DNA from: Ophelia neglecta
Taxonomy: Eukaryota
Direction of reading: 5' to 3'
DNA: 64,000 nucleotides
NCBI GenBank assembly: GCA_965285935.1
Contig: OZ260667.1
Location: 23,684,001 to 23,748,000, forward strand
The notes beneath the pieces are model-generated. The model saw only the letters and a list, made by a program, of their open reading frames with translations, was not told where the DNA came from and ran no database searches. Shown piece by piece: positions 40,793-52,700 of this stretch (position 1 is its first letter; each line of letters begins with the position of its first letter). The position numbers and the translations under genes are program-made.

Positions 40793-43700
40793 GCTTCGCG
40801 TGCAAGCGCCTATCATGGCCAAAACACTGCTCCGGCTTGAGCTAATGAAGCTGGCATCTCTAAAAAGACCCATTCCCTGTGCATGCTCAATGTATTTGTT
40901 CCGCATTTCTCGCCTATGGCGCCTGTACAATATGTGTTTCCCCTTAATTTCGCGTAACATTTGCTTTGACACATTTGATTCAGTCCTGACTACATGAGAG
41001 GTGACATTAGCTGCCCGAGCCCCTTGTTTGCTGCTCTCCTGTGTGTCTGCTGACCCTTTAACTCGGTTGTTCTATCACCAGACGGCTCGGCGGTGATTTA
41101 AATATAGAATTATGCGACAATCTGACCTCTCTGGTCCCTCGACCCTTGACCAGGGACTGTGAGTTGCGGAGTTCTGAGAAGTTTGAAGGCTGGCTCAGCC
41201 CAGATGGGTCGCTCGAAATCCCTCGGCAGATTGCAAATGTTTGTTCCCTCCCGCTCCGACATGACACCGACAGACGACAGTTGACAGAAAACCACTACGC
41301 GCCATGATTTATTTCAGTCTCGTCCAGTTCGAGATCTCGCCCAAACCCATCACGCCCTCGCGTTAATCCCGCGAGATTTTTCAGCGAGGCTTCCATCTCA
41401 ACAAAATTTCCAGAGTTGTTCACTGATTACATTAGGCAAGCCTTATGCAAAGTATTTCAAGCGACCATATGGAGCCCGAAGGCCGTAGAAACGCTACATT
41501 TCACGGCTGAGAAAAATTGTTTGACATCAATCGTACGCCAAGCCAATACAGCAGAAAGCAATCGCTAGTTATTAGTTTATTAAAAGGGGGCTGACAACTA
41601 ACATCAAAGTTACAGAGATAGGGGATGGACGACTCCCCAAAGCAGTTTCGTTTGATTGTATGTTGAAGGTAAAAAATGATTTCATTTGTGACAGCTGTAA
41701 TAATGCGATGAGGAGATAACGGTATTCGATAAAACGCGGTTTGCTCGTGGGAAAGAAGTAGGAAACATTGTCAGAATGGCAACTAAATCTGGTCTAGATT
41801 AATGTGTAACATGCACCGATCATGAATTTAATTCCAAGAGACCCATTTATTTATTCTGGGTCATTGATAGGTATAGAACAATGAAGAAAATTCAAGTGTA
41901 CCTAAATAGAATTGTAAATTCCACATAATATACGTATAGCTATAGCTCATAGGCCAATATTAACGCTCAGAACTAAAAGGTGTGATAATAAATGTGGGCA
42001 ACCCCGGGGTATTAACAAGGGGCGAGAAGACCCGATGACATTTATAATGTGACTAGAAGACCCGATCCGCGAGGACATTAAACAATTTAATATATTTCAA
42101 TTCCATTCTGTTCAGTAAATAGGCCAGGACGCTTATAGTATATCAACATGGATCGAACTAATTTATGTTTTACATACTTATTCATGTGCGATATGTTTTC
42201 CACATTGCATATTAATATCAGAATTGTGGGCTGACATTTCGACGGTAGTCCTATATATTATTTTTCATTTTGCATATGAGTTTATAGGACGATACAATTT
42301 ACAGCCCTGCGATACATGATATGCTGTCAGTACACTTCCTTTCGTTCCTCACCCACGATGTTGTAACCTTTGACTCTGACATAGTGGACGTATTGATGTC
42401 GAAGACATCCACTATCACATAGGATGACACAGACCACCTTAGTGGAAGTCGACACCTGAAAAAAAAATACCCGCTATCGCCAGGCATACTGTGGTAGGGC
42501 CTAACAGAACTCAAACGATATAGGACAAGCTAGAAATAATATAATCTAGGCCCCTATGTGTTATACTGTTGTAGGCAAAGCGTTATTTTGCCAATTATCT
42601 GTAGGTCTAATAGGTCTATGTGCGATGCTGAGAATTGAGAAAAACTCTCTTAAAAGGAACCCCGGACGATGTGATGTAGTCGAGTGCAAAAGTGTGCAAA
42701 AAAGAGTCCGTAGCTAGATTGTGTAGCGTGTTGATAAATTGTGTTGGTGGCAGTAACCGCTCCTCGATTGCTTATTAGTCGACTCATGTCGCGGCCACCG
42801 TTCTTCAGCAATCTGTCATCCTCAGACGACATCTTCGGTATGTATAGACATGCTAAGGACCTTGGCTATGTCTGCACAATAGGACGGCCTATAGATACCG
42901 ACGGCCATCGCTAAATAATCACTTAATATTATTAAATATATGTAATATATAAATATGACTTTCCATTAAAGTACACAGTTTGGAGTCTATAGGGCTGCAG
43001 TAATTATGTTACTGAATCTTATTTAAAATAACATTTTCGTATATTTCAATGTTATTATTGGCTACTTAATGTAATATTTATAGAGGTGTTTTTCATGTGT
43101 ATACTATGTTATGTAACACAATTTCAAATGATATTATTTTAATTTTCATGTGGTTCAATTTCAATTTGAATTAAAATGGAATGTATTTGAATGGCCCAGC
43201 ACTTGTTTGGAGTGTAAAGGTGTCGCTGGTGAAGCGCAGCCCACGTCACACATGTCGTCTGCAGCTTGTGTCAACCTGGGAATTGTCGGAGCTCCTTGGG
43301 GCTTTGGAATTATTCGGCTAAGAAAAACACCAGCATTATACGCAGGACAAACATGCCTCCTGCTATACAAACTCCTCACAAAATCTGTAACAACCGCCAT
43401 TGGCAGTCTTTTCTTATCAATATGATATGCTTGAAAGGGCCTCCTACGGCCATCCCGCCTTTGCCAACATTTCCAAACTAAAAGTTGAATAATCCGCTTT
43501 TGTGAAAGGCTTGGTGAAAGTGTTTTCAAGAAAAACAATCCGTTTGCAGGCTCGGGGGACCTTTCGTAAGGATATTGGACAATTCTTGAATAGATTTAAA
43601 TCGCTTCAGGCAGATTCAAAGCAGATTATAGGATTACGATATAAAAACAGGCATTCATTTAGAATGAACTATTCAAATACCCCCTTGTAGTGCACTACAC

Positions 43701-46623
43701 GTGTAATCTCGTGATTTGAGGATCACGCGTGGTTACACATGAAACATGTTTAATTCTGGATTATTAAATAATTGTCTGAAATAATGTTTATCTTAAGGCG
43801 ATATAATTATGTCGGGCTTTTTCTGACCTATTTGACCGAATTGTAAATATTGGTCACTAACGTTCAGAAGCAACTGTCGACAAACATGCAAGAAGCCCTA
43901 AAGGCATAATCAAATTAAATCGTCTTTGCAGTTTAATATATAATAAATTACATATTACTACATTAAGCGTTTTTAGGTTATGTTTACTGATCTTATAGCT
44001 ACCGATTAGTTAATATTGATACACATTTATGCCCTTTTTAAGCACATGAGTGTCCGGGAAAAAAAGCGATATACATGTTCGTTTGGTAAAAAGCCTGCGT
44101 CACCATAGGAGTACAAATACAGGCAAATTGAAGATGATCGGGCTTGGCCAACTATTTTCACTTGCTGAAAAGTGTCTTCAATTGGCCTATGGTCGGCTGA
44201 TATAATTTATGCCTGTTGGCCATGCTCGCAAATTGGAATAAAAATAACAGTTTTCAACTAATCCTGGTTTTAAAACAATATATTATTGAGGGCCTAAGTA
44301 TGAACGAGAAATGGACAATATTTGGTATTGTGTTAAGATCCTGTACGGTGAATATGTATGTGAAAGACCATACGACTGCCATGCATTCGACTTCCCACTG
44401 GGCTTGTTGTCGGGTGGGCATTGTATCAGAGCTAGCCATGTTTGAGGCAAGTTTGTATAAACTATCACTGGATGCCGACATTTTTTCCGCCACGTTTGGC
44501 GAGAAGAATGGGGAAGACAACTAAACTGTAATTATCATTGGAGCATTGGCCACAGCGTTCGGAGGGGCGCACCCCCTCGTGCCCTCTTCCCGTGCTACAA
44601 TCACTCTCCCCTCTTCCGCTATTCAAATGTCGTCTGCTTCACAAACTCTCAATAAACTGCGCACAAAGAGCAACATGGCAGATGTGTCAGCGCGGGGCCA
44701 GGTTTTCAAGAGCGATGGACACGGATCGGGGGCTTGTCAGTCGTCTCCTGCCGATTTACACCGGCTTTGTTACCCTCCAAACAATGACAATATTAAGTAC
44801 CCTCGAACCCAATGATGATTGTTGCCAACCCTTCGGCCACTTTCCGGCAGGCAGAAGGTCGAAGGTGTTATCAAACACACACACAACGGAGAATAACTAG
44901 AAACTTTTCCAATATATTGTCAAATTAAAACATGAACATTCCTATATGCGAAAACTGCCCCCCCCCCCGGAAATCTCTACACTCGTGCACAAAGACCACT
45001 CGTTCCGGAGGCTTACTGCATCTTACAAACGTCCTTAATATAAAGTCGACTGATTGAAAAAGTCCGGCCACACTGGGATATTTGGAATAAATAATATAGG
45101 CCGAGATCTAACGCGGTCTCGTTTTCCCATTTTTGGAATGGCTAATCATCAGATGAATAGGGTGAGCCAGGTTAATTGTGAAATCCCATTCCTTGGAGCA
45201 ATAGTATGACATCCCTTGCATAACTATATGTAGCGTATTCGTGAAAAAAAACAGCAAAAAACGCTCAATTATTTAGGAAGAATTTTAATCTCGATTAGTG
45301 TGTTATCTATTGCTTTAAAATGGCATACGGATTTTTTGTAGTTATAAACAGCATAAATTGGCGAAACAATATGATTGTATGTTGTCTATGTTCATTGGCT
45401 CACAGGACTCGGAATTATAATACAAGTTGTTATATATCCTATCATTCTTTATTAAAGTCAAATTGGGTTTTATGGTAAAAAATGCCACGAGCGAAAATTT
45501 TGGCCTGTTTTCTTATAGGCTTGTACATTTTCCTTCCTCTTATCAACCGTTAGTTTATCTTAACGCTTCTTATTTCCCATAAAATATTTACAAAATAGAC
45601 TATATGCTCTCGTACCCTATAATATGACCCCTAAAGAGGAGGCTGACTAAGCCTGCTGTAGGTATATTTGATTCTGTTCGCTACAGTTGCCATAATCCTT
45701 TTAGCCTGTCTCGCCAGCTTCATCAAGCGTGCTGGCCTACACCTGTTCCCAAAACAACGCATCGCGGAATCGTGCTCCTGTAGAACGCTGACGAGATCTT
45801 GGTTCAAGCTTCCTTCTGATCTTACAGTGCTTCTTCCAGCCCGATTCCAGCTTATTTCGGCCCAGCGGAGCCAGGTTTTGACTCGCCGCCGCCCGCTAAA
45901 TCCTCTTGCCAGTATCTAAGCGCATATTCGCGCTTCATTAGCCAGAGCTGCCGTGAATTCACGATATACCCAAGTCCCGATTATCATCCAAGCGAGAGTT
46001 CAGCTTCAGAGGCTTTACTTCCAGGCGGGCTATTGTGCTTCGCCAAGATTTCTTGCGGTGAAGGTCATTTTCCAATTTTGTCGTCTGCCTTTAAGCTTTA
46101 CCGGTTCTTTGAGTCCTCGCAAAATAAAGCGGGCTGGAATTATACACGAAGGTCGGGCCGATAGCTATAGTCCTCTACGGTTCTGCAAAGAATTTTTATT
46201 TTCTACTCCTATTTCAAAAATGTCGAAACAGGATAAGCGTATTAATGAAACAAAACTTGATTTTTTTTGAAGAAAAACAGCGAATTAACATTATGGCATA
46301 GGGAAGTTACTTTACACCTGATTCCTCGAAATGTAAAACTATCGGCTGGACTTCGTATCCGGGACGATTTTGTACCAGTGGTATAAGGCCAACTCGGATA
46401 CCGGTAGGCCTAGATATACATAAATGTCTTTCAACATGATATCCGAACATAATTAATATAAAACCTTTGGTATTTTTTATCTGTGACAGCTGTGACACTG
46501 TATTTTAATTCTGAACGAACCTCATAATTCTGGGACAAATTTATAGTATTTTTTACTTTAGGCTGTAGACCATATGAGAATGGGGGGTTTGGAAAGGGGT
46601 GGGCATGTCGTCTGCTAGAGCTC

Positions 46624-46853
46624 TCCTGGCTCTGCGCCTCCAGGACGGCTGTGAGGAGATCCTCGGCCTCCGGTGAGGCCGCTGGGCGATGCCCTAGGGC
46701 CTAGCCCGAGTACCACCTTTACCTTCCTCGAACATCAATCACAGTGGGCCCGAGCATGAATGCCTTGGTTGTAGTTTCGACGGGTAAGTTTACCCACGGG
46801 GAACCACCCCGGAACAACCGGGCATACACACTGGTGCTTGTGAAAGGCCAGTG
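46624..46853 (+). other. Intronic structured module (string of hairpins plus three-way junction)
   Basis: TCCTGG/CCAGGA, GAGGA/TCCTC, GGCCTC/GAGGCC, GCTGGGC/GCCTAGC, GGTTGT/ACAACC enclosing GGGTAA/TTACCC and CGGGG/CCCCG, CACTGG/CCAGTG. Confidence 0.6.
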
Positions 46854-49619
46854 AGCCCCTTGGGTACATACTTGGGTCAGCCAGAGCAGATGAAACAAAA
46901 GAGCAAAGGCAAAATAACTACAATAGACGTGAACAAAACGGGAAATAGCACTGCACTCCTTAGTGTAAGCTGGCTGTCAAGTCTCAAACGAACAAAGGAG
47001 CTGACAGTGAACAATACTTTTAAGAAGTTTAATTTCTTATTTAATTTCTTATTTAGTTTTCTTATATGTTTGATAATTAGGGCAAATTATTGGGTTTTTT
47101 TCGAATTTGTTGAATAGACAATATGCATGCGGATTCAGTAAGGCCGCTTTTACACGATTTAGAATCACTGTGAACAAATTAATGGGCAATCAAGTACCCT
47201 GTTGGAAATAGCAGCAACATATTTCTGGTTTCCATGGTGAGGCATGGTGTACATCTGGCGGGCCAATGTGGTCAGTATGGTCAGTGTAAGGGGTCAAGGA
47301 GAAGCTGGCGACAAAACTGACCAGCCGTATATGGACGGACGTGTTTTTCGGTGGTGTCCGGACTCTCGCGAGGTAGCGATCTGGCTCTATGGAAATCAAT
47401 GTCCTCCGGGCGCCGAGATTAATGATGGTCATCTGGCTGTGGATTTGGGGACGCGGACGGGGTGAGATATTATACCAATGAGCCGTGTTAATGGCGGCCT
47501 GGCACGAGACCTCCGACCTTTCGACCCTCGTCGGCAGTGAGGTCTTTACTGGTACCCATGGATACAGTTTCCCTTTGGACAGATACGAGAAACATACAGC
47601 CAGGCCCAAACCCCCAATACCACTCACAGTACACGCACATAACTACCAGAGGGCAAGAATTATGCATGAGAGAAAAGCTAGGGGACTATCCGTCTAAAAT
47701 GCTATATAATCTAAAAAGAGGCATCACTTAGTAAACATAAACTATTTTGTTAGTTTTTTCCATCTTATTTATTTATAGCCATAGCAACAATATCGTAGAG
47801 CAGACACCATTATTCGTTTGGTCGAGTCTGGAGTAATATTTGCCGGGACACCGGCTGATTTATCAAGGTCACTACAAGGAAGATTTAGCTTGAGCTTGCC
47901 AGCTTCATTCACTCATGATACTGTGGCATCTGGGCATCGCTCTAACGCACCGGCATGGCTGCCGCTCTCACTTCCTCCTACGTAACCATCTCGCGGCATA
48001 TTATTTACGAGAAGCTGCCCCGAAAGGCCAGCACCTGCCCCGTTAGAACGAAACGAACAGGTGAATTTGGTGTTCAATGGCAGCATTAATTCTTTTCCAT
48101 TCTCAATTTCAAGATATTAAGCTTGGACACCACTGCCTTAAGATATTTGATCCATGGAAATAGTGGAAAGCTAGTGACAAAAACGTCATATAAACTCGTA
48201 CAGAGGCAAAATAAATGTGGAAGAAACGAATTTCTCTTTCTCATAAGACGTGTGCAAAAACAATCAATATGTTTTTTTTTTCTTTTGCACCTAGTGACTA
48301 TTATTAAATACTATTCAAAGGCCTACAAATCACAATGTTTTTGTGGTATTTTGAAGTGCATTGTATGCACACAAACCTCAATTATGACGAAAAGCCTTTC
48401 CTCGTCGTTAGGCCAATGGATGACAACAGCTATAGTGTAAAATGTCCACTAAACGACTTTGATATCACATTGATTCGCCAAGTGGTGTCAGTATTTATTT
48501 GCTAACTCCAAAAAATGCTGGTGTGTACAGAGCTATTAAAGCGAAATATAACCATAATTCATCTGCGGTATTCTGGCAGGCAGGAATTACCTCCTACGAT
48601 TATCTGAAACTTATTTTAGATAATATCAAGGTCTCTTCCAAAACAATAATGTCGACGATCATTGAATGGTGCTCAAAATGAACTAATGTTGTATAATACG
48701 TTTAATAAATATACTTAATCGTAACAATCGTATAATGTATTTCCTGTCGAAATCTTCTTTTATGTAACTAATTCATATCCGATTTAGAATATTAGATATA
48801 TGCCAAGTATATTGTCTACCATTCAATGTAAACATTTTGTGCCAAATATGGAATATTTGATGCTGTTCTTATTGTGATTATTATGATGTGGCGGAAATGG
48901 ATCAATTTATAACAACAGCAGTGACGCCCCACAAACAATTTCATTGTTCGGCTGTAATGTTGGGTTGTTTATTTTATGGGCGTACCGTATGTTGTCCTAC
49001 ATGATTGTGTAATGGTGTCTAGGCCTGCCAAGTACAGAGAGACAATATACAGCAGAGGAGTGATGAACTCAATAAAAAGGCTAATAGACCCAATTTTACT
49101 AAACTTGATAATTCGCAGACGGCACGACAGCTCGGGAAATTGTTCGGACCTCAGCGGTGCTAGCCACTCGACCCCACCCTGTTATAACTCAATAATTGTG
49201 TCTAATGACGAATGATCTGACAACCGACTGCTAGCTGAGGAAGCTAGGACCGACCGCAGCTGTCGGGCGGACCAATAGCCAGGGTCAGGCACGGCTATTA
49301 TATCCTCTAACTGGAAGGAACTCTAACATAAACGAGCGGGCCAGTTCTGGCACCGAATCCCTCAGAGGGCGGAAATGATCGGAAACAGGTTATTGGATGC
49401 CTGGCTATGCCAATACGAGACATTGGTTTATACCCCAATGATAGTTTTTACTTATTTTTAAGTGACTTCTGGATGAAATCCTGATAAAAAAATCATCCTG
49501 GGTTGTTGTGATAATAGCTGTTTCATCTAAAAGAAAACTTGGCCAGAGCTAAAAAATATATGCACATATGCTACTTTATAAACATTTGTTAATTCAAAAC
49601 GAATAAATTGTCAACTTAC

Positions 49620-49785
49620 CCCCAAAGTAGTTGAATCCCGGTTGTCCCATCATATCACCCTCAAGTTCCTCTCCGGGCCGCAGCGCGCGCAGTCGTCGGG
49701 GGTTACGGAAAAACTGCCGCCGTGCGCCAAGCGCACTCAGCTGTTTCATCCGTCTCTCCTTAGACCTACGGTTTTGAAACCATAC
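49620..49785 (-). CDS. Lhx1/5: Lhx1/5 (Lim1) LIM-homeobox gene, internal exon: homeodomain helix 3 and post-homeodomain region
   Basis: Reverse complement reads ttctccaacag|GTATGG...TTTGGGG|gtaagt and translates to [55 protein letters not shown](+1 nt). [23 protein letters not shown] is the Lhx1/Lhx5 signature. 166 nt, phase 0 to phase 1. Missed by the ORF track. Confidence 0.97.
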
Positions 49786-52700
49786 CTGTTGGAGAAATGA
49801 AAAATGATCTCAATCAGCATCTTATATGACCAATTCGTGTTGGGTCAGTGCTTGGGAGGTAATCCAATAAGCTTGTTCATTTTTCGCACCGTCTGCGGTT
49901 GAGAAATATAATAAAATATTGGCGGTAGTGACTTAATATCTTACTGAAAGACATATTGGTTAGAGTCTCTATTTGTTCAATTCGCTTATAATCGATTTGT
50001 ATTGGAAATATTTCAAATATTAGTATGGTTTACTAGCTTCACTGACAGTCTGAGATTCGTGTAATGGTGGGGAAGGGTGTGTGTGTATGTGGGGTGGGGG
50101 GGGGGGGAGGGGGGAGGGGGGGGGTGGGGTGGAGCGTGTGGTATGGGTGTCCTATGACACCCTTCCGAATGTCACTTCCTCCTGAGTCTGGCTGTGGCGA
50201 GTCTGTCTGGAACGACATTTCTGGAGCGACACGGGGAAAGAGAGAGTGTGGTGCGCTTTAGTGTCGCCCTCTGTAGATAGCTAGATCCGGCGTTGAACAC
50301 TGAGTTAACATTCTAATAAGATGTCTATAATGAGCTGAATCAGTTGAACTATTTCTGATAGCCCCACAGATGCAATGTGGTAAGAATATCCAGTCAATTC
50401 ACTTCATAGAATACATTTTCATATTAATTTGTGCATTAACCATGCCATGACATGAAGTTTGGCTAATACGAGTCACCTTTCAGTACAAATAAACGAACCC
50501 TCACAACCACGTTTTTTCCGGAAATGAAAAGTTCTGATAGTTCAGTGCAAATCCTAAACTGATTAAATTCTGAAATAATTGATATGCAGGGCATGTTCAA
50601 TTAGGCTATGTGATGAGTTATCAAATATAGTCCATGTCATGGCTTAAGCTCCAAATATGGGCCCGGGAATCCTGAATATGGAGGTGGATAACAACCATAG
50701 CCAAACAGCAGCTTCCCATGATTCTCTACGGACCGCACCCTCTTCTCCGCCTTCGATGTCATCAGCCGCCGACCAGATGAGAAAATTGAGCAATTACAGC
50801 ATTTAATTCAACCAATTTCGTGTGGTAATTTAGTTGACTGCGGGCATCACGTTGAGTGACTTTCGTAGGGGAGATCGCATGCGCGGGGCCCGTGTCACCT
50901 GCGAGCAGACGACCAGGGCGTGTTTAGCAGACGACTTCCGTTCTCCAGTTACCGCCCTCGGGGTGAGAAGACAACACACACCGCTATTTGGCTCGCACCT
51001 AATCTGTGATTAAACCATAGGCAGCCTTTGTCGAAACTCAATGCCCAATAAAAGACCAAAGCCGGTTAATACATTCCTAACGTCATCCCTATTCCAAGGT
51101 AGCGCGGCAACACAATACGTTAGTCAAAAAAGTCCATCTACCTGTCATAATCATGCCTTGGGAAAACGCCACGTGAATGAGGCGGTCGAGACCCAGAAAA
51201 AACAAAAGCTGAAGTTACAAGGCGACCCAGTTTCATTCTTACGTTTTTGTTTGTACCTAAAGGCTATTTGTTAAAGACGCAAACAGAGACATTGGCCATT
51301 AGGAAAGAAAGTAATATTCTACACAGAAAAATGCACAAGTATCGGTGTTGGATCTTGATTTATCTATATTTCTTGCTTAGTGGGACATTTTCTTTCATTT
51401 TCGGTCTATTCTACAACTAAGAATATTTTAATATATGTTAGAATATGACACGACCTGAAAACTGTTCTCGTTTAGTGCTTAGTATATACACCACAAGTTT
51501 ACAAGTAGGCCCAAAATGCAACTGGGTGGTGTTTAGATTTTTTTCAGCCTGGTACACACATTAAGTTGTGTGTTGGTTGTTGGGGGTTGTTGGTGTTTGT
51601 TTTCGCTGGTGTGGGTCACTTGGCGGGGTTAGCTCAGAGGCTGGTGTATGTACAAGCCTCATGACATCCGTCTGAGCTCCCCACCTGCATCACTCACTCA
51701 AACTCGGGCTCAACCGACTCGAAAAATGTGCACCTTGACAGGAAGGATAGCCTATGTAATGCATGGAATTGGGCCTCCTCTATACTTAGACGTTCTGTGA
51801 TCAATTTGCAAAGGTCGTATTTGAGGTGTACGCTAGCTGGTAAAGGTATATGGCTTTCTGTACTTCTGCCTAGCAGAATATAACGGTGCGATTCAGAACC
51901 TGCTCAGCTTTGAGTTTGAGAATCTCTTGAGTTTGCAAAGCGATGTTGTTTAGAGGCGAGTCAATGTGGCATCGCTCCTGCAGCCACTCAAGGGATAAAA
52001 GCCACCAGGGCATGCAAGGCAAGCAACGCATTGAGCTTCTGGCGGTAAATTTTTACGTGTTTGGTGGTGAAATTTGGCCGACTCAAATGGTCCATGAAGT
52101 CCCGTGCCTATACGGCGTGTGAGGCTGGACCCGGGCCATCGGCGATGTGCATCGGACGGAGCCGCGCAATAGTCACCGCATGGTCAGCCGGCAGCGACCT
52201 AAGAGAGCTCGAGAGGCTCCGGGAGTGGAAGGGGACAGCCCCGGAGCAAGGCAGAATACCAGACATTATCATGTTCGTTGCTCCTTTGTCGTTTGAACAA
52301 AAATACGTCAGCGTTCGTCAGCTGCCGCTCAGAAAAAAGGAAACAAACAAACAATAACAAAATGATTATGCCGGACTTCCGCCGAGAACTATGAGCGACA
52401 AAATTTATATTTTCTCACGTCTGTACGGGAACAATTGCGCCAAGGTTTGCCGCCTTGTAGGCTGTTAAGCTGCTAAAATTACATTTTCCCGCTTATTATT
52501 AAAAAAATTCCAAACGGGTAATGGTGGAAATTGCAGTGAATTCCCTCCATGATGAGATAATAGATGGGCGCACAGATCACAAATAATTTGACTAGGTCAT
52601 TATCAGTCGTTTTGTTGCTCGGCGGTAAACGAAAATTGAACAATAAAGGATGGTGATCAGAAGGGAAATGTGGAGGAAAAATATTAAATTTGCCGCTGAT

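Noticed and set aside
46767-46819. Possible hammerhead ribozyme (three-way junction with CGAAAC on the minus strand)
   Set aside because: The CUGANGA core is absent on both strands.
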